Source: an uncultured Bdellovibrionales bacterium (GTDB lineage Bacteria; Bdellovibrionota_C; UBA2361; SZUA-149; CAYOZL01). From it: a stretch of DNA of 64,000 nucleotides. The stretch spans positions 344 to 64,343 of the forward strand of contig CAYOZL010000002.1 of the NCBI GenBank assembly GCA_964408435.1, in the 5' to 3' direction. Under the pieces are notes generated by a model. It worked only from the letters and a program-made list of their open reading frames with translations, was not told where the DNA came from and ran no database searches. A program made the translations under genes and the position numbers. Numbering within the stretch: the stretch's first letter is position 1; each line of letters starts with the position of its first letter. Shown here piece by piece: positions 59,505 to 64,000 of the stretch.

Positions 59505-60140
59505 TTAGTTCAGCACAATGGCTTTTAATTCTTTAAAACTACTAATTAAATAATCTGCCTTTGAAAGATCTTGGTGTTCGTTAAACCCATTTCTAAAACC
59601 AATTGCTGTAATTCCTGCTGCTTTCGCACTAATTACTCCTTTCTCACTATCTTCAATAGTTACTGTTTTGAGCTTAACAGCATTTAATTTACTTACGGCA
59701 AGTTCATATATAGCAGGGTTAGGTTTCCCCACTCCGGCTACATCATCAGCTGAAATGATTTCAATAAAATATTTTTCAAGTTCAAAACGTTTTACTACAA
59801 TATTTATCCAGTCATGTGGGGCAGAAGAAACTATTGCTAGTTTCTTAGTTTGATAAAATTTAATTGTGTCTAAAACTCCTGGTATTAAACTAGAGTTAAC
59901 CGCGTAAATCTCGTGAGAGATATCTTTATAGTATTCAAAATACTCTTCTTTGCTAAGTTTAAGACTAAATTTACTTACTAAAAGCATATAAACATCATGA
60001 GCACTAAGCCCAATAAGTTCTTTTTGTTTTTCTGAAGTCCAAGTTGGAATTATTTTTTTTAGAAAATCTGATTGTATTTTTTTCCAGTGAAGTTCGCTAT
60101 CTATAATCACACCGTCCATATCAAAAAAAATTGTATCCAT
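59505..60140 (-). CDS. HAD-superfamily hydrolase (beta-phosphoglucomutase-like, subfamily IA)
   Basis: The N-terminal FFDMDGVIIDSE is HAD motif I. Confidence 0.8.
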   Translation of the reverse strand: MDTIFFDMDGVIIDSELHWKKIQSDFLKKIIPTWTSEKQKELIGLSAHDVYMLLVSKFSLKLSKEEYFEYYKDISHEIYAVNSSLIPGVLDTIKFYQTKKLAIVSSAPHDWINIVVKRFELEKYFIEIISADDVAGVGKPNPAIYELAVSKLNAVKLKTVTIEDSEKGVISAKAAGITAIGFRNGFNEHQDLSKADYLISSFKELKAIVLN

Positions 60141-60191
60141 TAAACTAGTATATATGCGAGTGCAACGGACAACAATATATATATGTAGTGT

Positions 60192-61709
60192 CTATAGGCT
60201 AAGAGCTAGTCTATAACTCACAGCTTCTAGTAGGTGATCAATACTTATTGTCTTTGAATCTTCTAAATCTGCGATAGTTCTTGAAACTTTGATAATCTTA
60301 TTTACTCCACGAGTACTAAGATTAAATTTCTTTACTGCACTATTTAACACCTCAACAGATTCAGAATCTAACATACAAAAAGACTTTATTTCTTTTATAG
60401 AATAAGATGAGTTTAAGCCATTATTTCTTCTAAATTGAATACCTCTAGCGTTTAAAACTTTTTTCTTTATAGTACTACTATTGTTTGAGTTACTAGATCT
60501 AGTATTTATTAATTTTTTAAAAGGAACTTGAGGCACCCAAATCTGCATATCAATTCTATCAATAATTGGACCTGAAAGCTTTCTTCTATATTTTCTTTGC
60601 TCCTGTTCTGTACAATGACAAATAGAATATTTATCAGCATTAGGAGCTAGTTTAGGACAATTACCTCTTGCACATGGATTTGCAGCAGCAATTAGAATAA
60701 AATCAGACGGATACTTAATCTTAATATTCGATCTACTAATTTCTACACTTTTATTCTCTAATGGCTCCCTAAGAGCCTCAAGAGTATCTTTTCTAATCTC
60801 AGTTAACTCATCTAAAAAAAGCACTCCTTTATGAGCTAAACTAATTTCCCCTGGTTCTTTACTCCCTATTAAACCTGCTGATGTAATAGAGTGATGTGGA
60901 TTTCTAAATGGCGGTGTTTTAGATAAGCTTAAATCAACATTAGATTTACTAGAGTTTTTAATTTTAACAACATCTAAACTCTGTTCTAAATTTAAATCTG
61001 GTAATATACTAACTACTCTTTTAGCTAACATGCTTTTTCCAGAGCCTGGTGGACCTAACATTAACAAGTTATGTCCACCGGCAGTTGCAATTTCAATAGC
61101 TCTAATTGCCTGTTCTTGCCCTACGACATCTGAATAATCTAATTTAGATTTTTCTACTTTAACATTCTGAAAAGCAAATTCTGTTCTCTCTACTTTACTC
61201 TCTGAGTTTAACATTTGAACAAGTTCTCTAATATTACTTACTGAATATACTTTTAGACTTTTATATCCTGCAGCTATTTTAGCCAGATCTTTTGATATAA
61301 AGTATTCTTGATTATGTTCTAGAGAGATTCTCTTAGCTGTTGTAAGTGCACCTTTAACTGCTTTAATACTACCATCTAATCCTAACTCTCCTAAAAATAT
61401 TTTATTCTCTAAATTCCTAACTGAAATAACTCTAGTTACAGCGAGAATACTTACTGCTATTGCTAAATCAAAGCCTGAACCATTTTTCGGAACCGAAGCA
61501 GGAGATAAATTAACTATTACTTCTGAGTGCGGAAAATTATATCCACTATTCTCTAATGCACAGCGTACTCTATCTTTAGCTTCCTTTAATGAACTATCAG
61601 GCAAGCCTATAATAGAAAATCTCCTAAGAGCTCCAATTACCTGAGCTTCAACAATAACTTCGATACTAGAAATACCGAAAATACTTGAACTTTTTACTTT
61701 TGCGACCAT
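60192..61709 (-). CDS. YifB/ComM family Mg-chelatase-like AAA+ ATPase
   Basis: An N-terminal Lon-like domain, a Walker A motif (GPPGSGKSM), and a C-terminal ChlI-like domain. Confidence 0.9.
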   Translation of the reverse strand: MVAKVKSSSIFGISSIEVIVEAQVIGALRRFSIIGLPDSSLKEAKDRVRCALENSGYNFPHSEVIVNLSPASVPKNGSGFDLAIAVSILAVTRVISVRNLENKIFLGELGLDGSIKAVKGALTTAKRISLEHNQEYFISKDLAKIAAGYKSLKVYSVSNIRELVQMLNSESKVERTEFAFQNVKVEKSKLDYSDVVGQEQAIRAIEIATAGGHNLLMLGPPGSGKSMLAKRVVSILPDLNLEQSLDVVKIKNSSKSNVDLSLSKTPPFRNPHHSITSAGLIGSKEPGEISLAHKGVLFLDELTEIRKDTLEALREPLENKSVEISRSNIKIKYPSDFILIAAANPCARGNCPKLAPNADKYSICHCTEQEQRKYRRKLSGPIIDRIDMQIWVPQVPFKKLINTRSSNSNNSSTIKKKVLNARGIQFRRNNGLNSSYSIKEIKSFCMLDSESVEVLNSAVKKFNLSTRGVNKIIKVSRTIADLEDSKTISIDHLLEAVSYRLALSL

Positions 61710-61824
61710 ATTTATAACTTTTTATAATTATTTATCGCAAAAAATAGTTATGAGTTGCTAATTTATAAAGCTTAGCAATATACTGCTGGTGATTTAATTT
61801 ATTAATTTTTATGTAGTTGTTAAA

Positions 61825-62859
61825 ATGAGAATATTAGTTTTTGTAATTGGCCTTTTTATTATTTGTAGTTCAAACCACCCTGCACTAGCTGAACAATTAA
61901 GCAGTTTTAACATTTCTAAACTTAACTTTAATTTAGTCGCAGACAATGCGAACTTCAAATTTTTAGTTAAACCAACTGCAAATCTTAATACAGCAGAGCT
62001 TACAGCAAATACTTTTGTTTTAAAAAATCCTTATAGACTAGTTATTGATGTTCCAGGATTCACTACAAAAGCTCAAAAAAAAATAGAATTAGACAATAAC
62101 TATCTTTCAAGTATCAGAGTCGGTAAACATAGAAATAAAATTAGAACTGTCGTTGATATAAAGCCAGATGAATTCCCTGAGTATGATATTTACGCAGATG
62201 AAGCTCTTCAGTCGCTAGTAGTAGAATTTTCTTTTAACAAGAATTCAGAAGTAATAAATTCAAGAGCAGATACATCTTTTGATAAAATAACAACAAATAA
62301 AGAAACATTAGAGAAAAAATTTACCCCAAGTAAAGAAGTAATAAACACCAAAATTGAGTCAAAGCCAATAGATACTAATTCCATTATAACAATGAGAGGC
62401 AATGAAAAAATAGATGAGGTTAACGAAAACAATATAAAGACAATACAAGAAATAGAGACAAAGGAAATAATAAAACCAGAGCAAACAGCTAAGAAGAGTA
62501 TTGATGCAGTGCCTGAGCAAATTACACCTAAGACTAAAGTTTCAACTATTAAGAACATTCTTTTCCAAGTTGAAAGAGAATCTGGAGCATTAGTTATAGA
62601 AGCAGATAAGATAGGTGAATATGAGATTACTCAAAAAGGTAAGAATTTATATGAACTAGTAATACAAAACTCTAGACTTTCCGGTGAGCACCTTACCTTA
62701 CCTCAGTTTCCACCTAATAATTTCAAGAATTTTGAGGTTATTTTAACTAACCAGCTTGGTGAAAATTCAGTTCAAGTTAAAATATACCTGAATTCAGCAG
62801 TGGAATTAGAGCCTTCTATTATAGGTAATAAACTTTGGATATATGCAACTAGTAATTAG
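61825..62859 (+). CDS. hypothetical secreted protein with probable AMIN domain(s)
   Basis: A signal peptide. The region NPYRLVIDVPGF...SSIRVGKHRNKIRTVVDIK resembles the AMIN fold of AmiC/PilQ N-termini. Confidence 0.45.
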   Translation: MRILVFVIGLFIICSSNHPALAEQLSSFNISKLNFNLVADNANFKFLVKPTANLNTAELTANTFVLKNPYRLVIDVPGFTTKAQKKIELDNNYLSSIRVGKHRNKIRTVVDIKPDEFPEYDIYADEALQSLVVEFSFNKNSEVINSRADTSFDKITTNKETLEKKFTPSKEVINTKIESKPIDTNSIITMRGNEKIDEVNENNIKTIQEIETKEIIKPEQTAKKSIDAVPEQITPKTKVSTIKNILFQVERESGALVIEADKIGEYEITQKGKNLYELVIQNSRLSGEHLTLPQFPPNNFKNFEVILTNQLGENSVQVKIYLNSAVELEPSIIGNKLWIYATSN

Positions 62860-62869
62860 CTCCTAGTAT

Positions 62870-64000
62870 CTAACCTAGTTTCTTAAGTTTAGCTTTTTCT
62901 TCAGCAGACATAGGAGGTTGAAGGAATTCCGCTTTTTTAAGCATCTTCTCGAGATTCTGCAAATCTTCTAAAAAGTATAGTATGTTATTTGAATAAGAAC
63001 CACTTACTAGACCTATGCTTAAAATTGATGCAGCTTGAGGTCCATAATATATAGAATTACTAACTCTTAACAAATCTCCACTTTGCTGAATAAAGGAACT
63101 TTGTAATTCACGATAGTCAATAAAACTTTGATTTATTGCTGCAAACTCTTTAGTTAATATTTTCTGTGTTGAACTAATAGATTCTAACAAACTGCGATCT
63201 GCTTTAGTTTCATATCCTAGCTCTTCTCTTTTAGAATCTAGAAATTCTTTTGTTTGGGCATTTTGTATTTTAAAAAAATGATTTAATTTATTATTAGCTT
63301 CTAGACATAACTTTTCTTTTTGCTCAAAATCTGAAGTATCTAATGCTTGCTTAAGTATACCCTCTACTTCACAGTATGAATCATTACATGCACCTATTAA
63401 TTTATCAGCTTTTAATAATAACTTCGATTGATCTACGAGATGACCATTTCCAGTATTGGCAAGATATTCTTGAGCACTATTCTCTATGTTTTGAGTTGTG
63501 ATGCTCTTTCTTTCATTAAGTGTTTCTAGTGTTTTACTAATTCTTTCATTAATTTCAGTTCTTGCATTTGATAATTTTTTCTTTGTTTCTAGTGCTTTAT
63601 TTCTTATAGTTTTTAATTCTTCACTCTGAACACCTTTTAGTAAAAGGTCTTGTTCTAAAGATTCTATCTCTTCAATGTGTTCAAGCTGTTTTTCAAGCAT
63701 ATTTGCTGTAATTGAAAGGCTTTCTTTAAGAATACTGGCCTTATCATCTCTAATTCTTTGCGATTGTTTTATTAAACTTTGAACTTCTGGATCCTGCTTA
63801 GAAACTCCTGCTAAACTTAGTCCCTCTAATTTTGTATATATTGAACCAAGCTCCTTGGACATTTCATCTAATTTAGGACTTATTTCCTTTAGCTCTGTCC
63901 AATCATTATGTACTTCTGTTGTAGTACTATGCTTTTCAATATCTTTTCCAAATATGGACTCCCAGGTGTTTTCAACTAAATATTCACAAGCTTCTTTTGC
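62870..64000 (-). CDS. hypothetical coiled-coil protein; the frame stays open to the window edge, so the 5' end may lie outside the window
   Basis: Heptad-rich and K/E/L-rich. The ORF track starts at 63862, but the frame continues without a stop to 64000. Confidence 0.4.
   Translation of the reverse strand, partial: AKEACEYLVENTWESIFGKDIEKHSTTTEVHNDWTELKEISPKLDEMSKELGSIYTKLEGLSLAGVSKQDPEVQSLIKQSQRIRDDKASILKESLSITANMLEKQLEHIEEIESLEQDLLLKGVQSEELKTIRNKALETKKKLSNARTEINERISKTLETLNERKSITTQNIENSAQEYLANTGNGHLVDQSKLLLKADKLIGACNDSYCEVEGILKQALDTSDFEQKEKLCLEANNKLNHFFKIQNAQTKEFLDSKREELGYETKADRSLLESISSTQKILTKEFAAINQSFIDYRELQSSFIQQSGDLLRVSNSIYYGPQAASILSIGLVSGSYSNNILYFLEDLQNLEKMLKKAEFLQPPMSAEEKAKLKKLG

Overview
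This is an AT-rich (roughly 30% GC) chromosomal segment of a Gram-negative (diderm) bacterium; its taxon cannot be determined from sequence alone. Most genes are on the minus strand and are ordinary core functions. These include ispH, ftsK, uppP, aspS, lipA, coaE, ligA, psd, rsmI, a fadB-type multifunctional enzyme, metK, rapZ, lipB, lepA, thyA-folA, mgsA, a MetB/MetC-type PLP enzyme and a ComM/YifB-type ATPase. Three envelope-glycan regions are present. The first is an LigA-linked glycosyltransferase operon at 18.4-21.8 kb, followed by a lipoprotein protease and a histone-like gene at 21.9-23.9 kb, then divergent GT4 and GT2 genes at 24.1-26.9 kb. The second is a peptidoglycan-recycling AmgK-MurU pair at 29.5-31.4 kb, co-operonic with an unusual cysteine-ladder repeat protein. 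The third is a UDP-xylose-type polysaccharide locus at 46.0-54.0 kb (epimerase, UDP-glucuronate decarboxylase, Ugd, priming phosphoglycosyltransferase, two GT4 and one GT2). The most unusual region is a compositionally distinct islet of about 4.4 kb at 37806..42276. It is bounded by perfect 43-bp direct repeats that duplicate the 3' end of a tRNA-Met(CAT) gene from the anticodon loop to the discriminator, as expected for integration by a tyrosine recombinase. No integrase is present in the islet. It encodes an orphan ParB-like nuclease/HTH protein flanked by two inverted paralogues. Each paralogue consists of six or seven tandem 60-aa Cys3-His-Cys... actually C-C-H-C-C zinc-ribbon-like modules, and each is preceded by a structurally conserved perfect hairpin leader. 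Just upstream of the islet are tandem Bor/Iss-family lipoproteins and an orphan type IV pilin with a Cys/Asp-rich C-terminus. Other notable items are an N-terminal lysine-repeat (H1-like) extension fused to an HU domain and encoded by tandem 30-nt DNA repeats, two secreted metzincin proteases, and an M50-family protease whose N-terminus lacks a canonical start codon and contains a C9 homopolymer.
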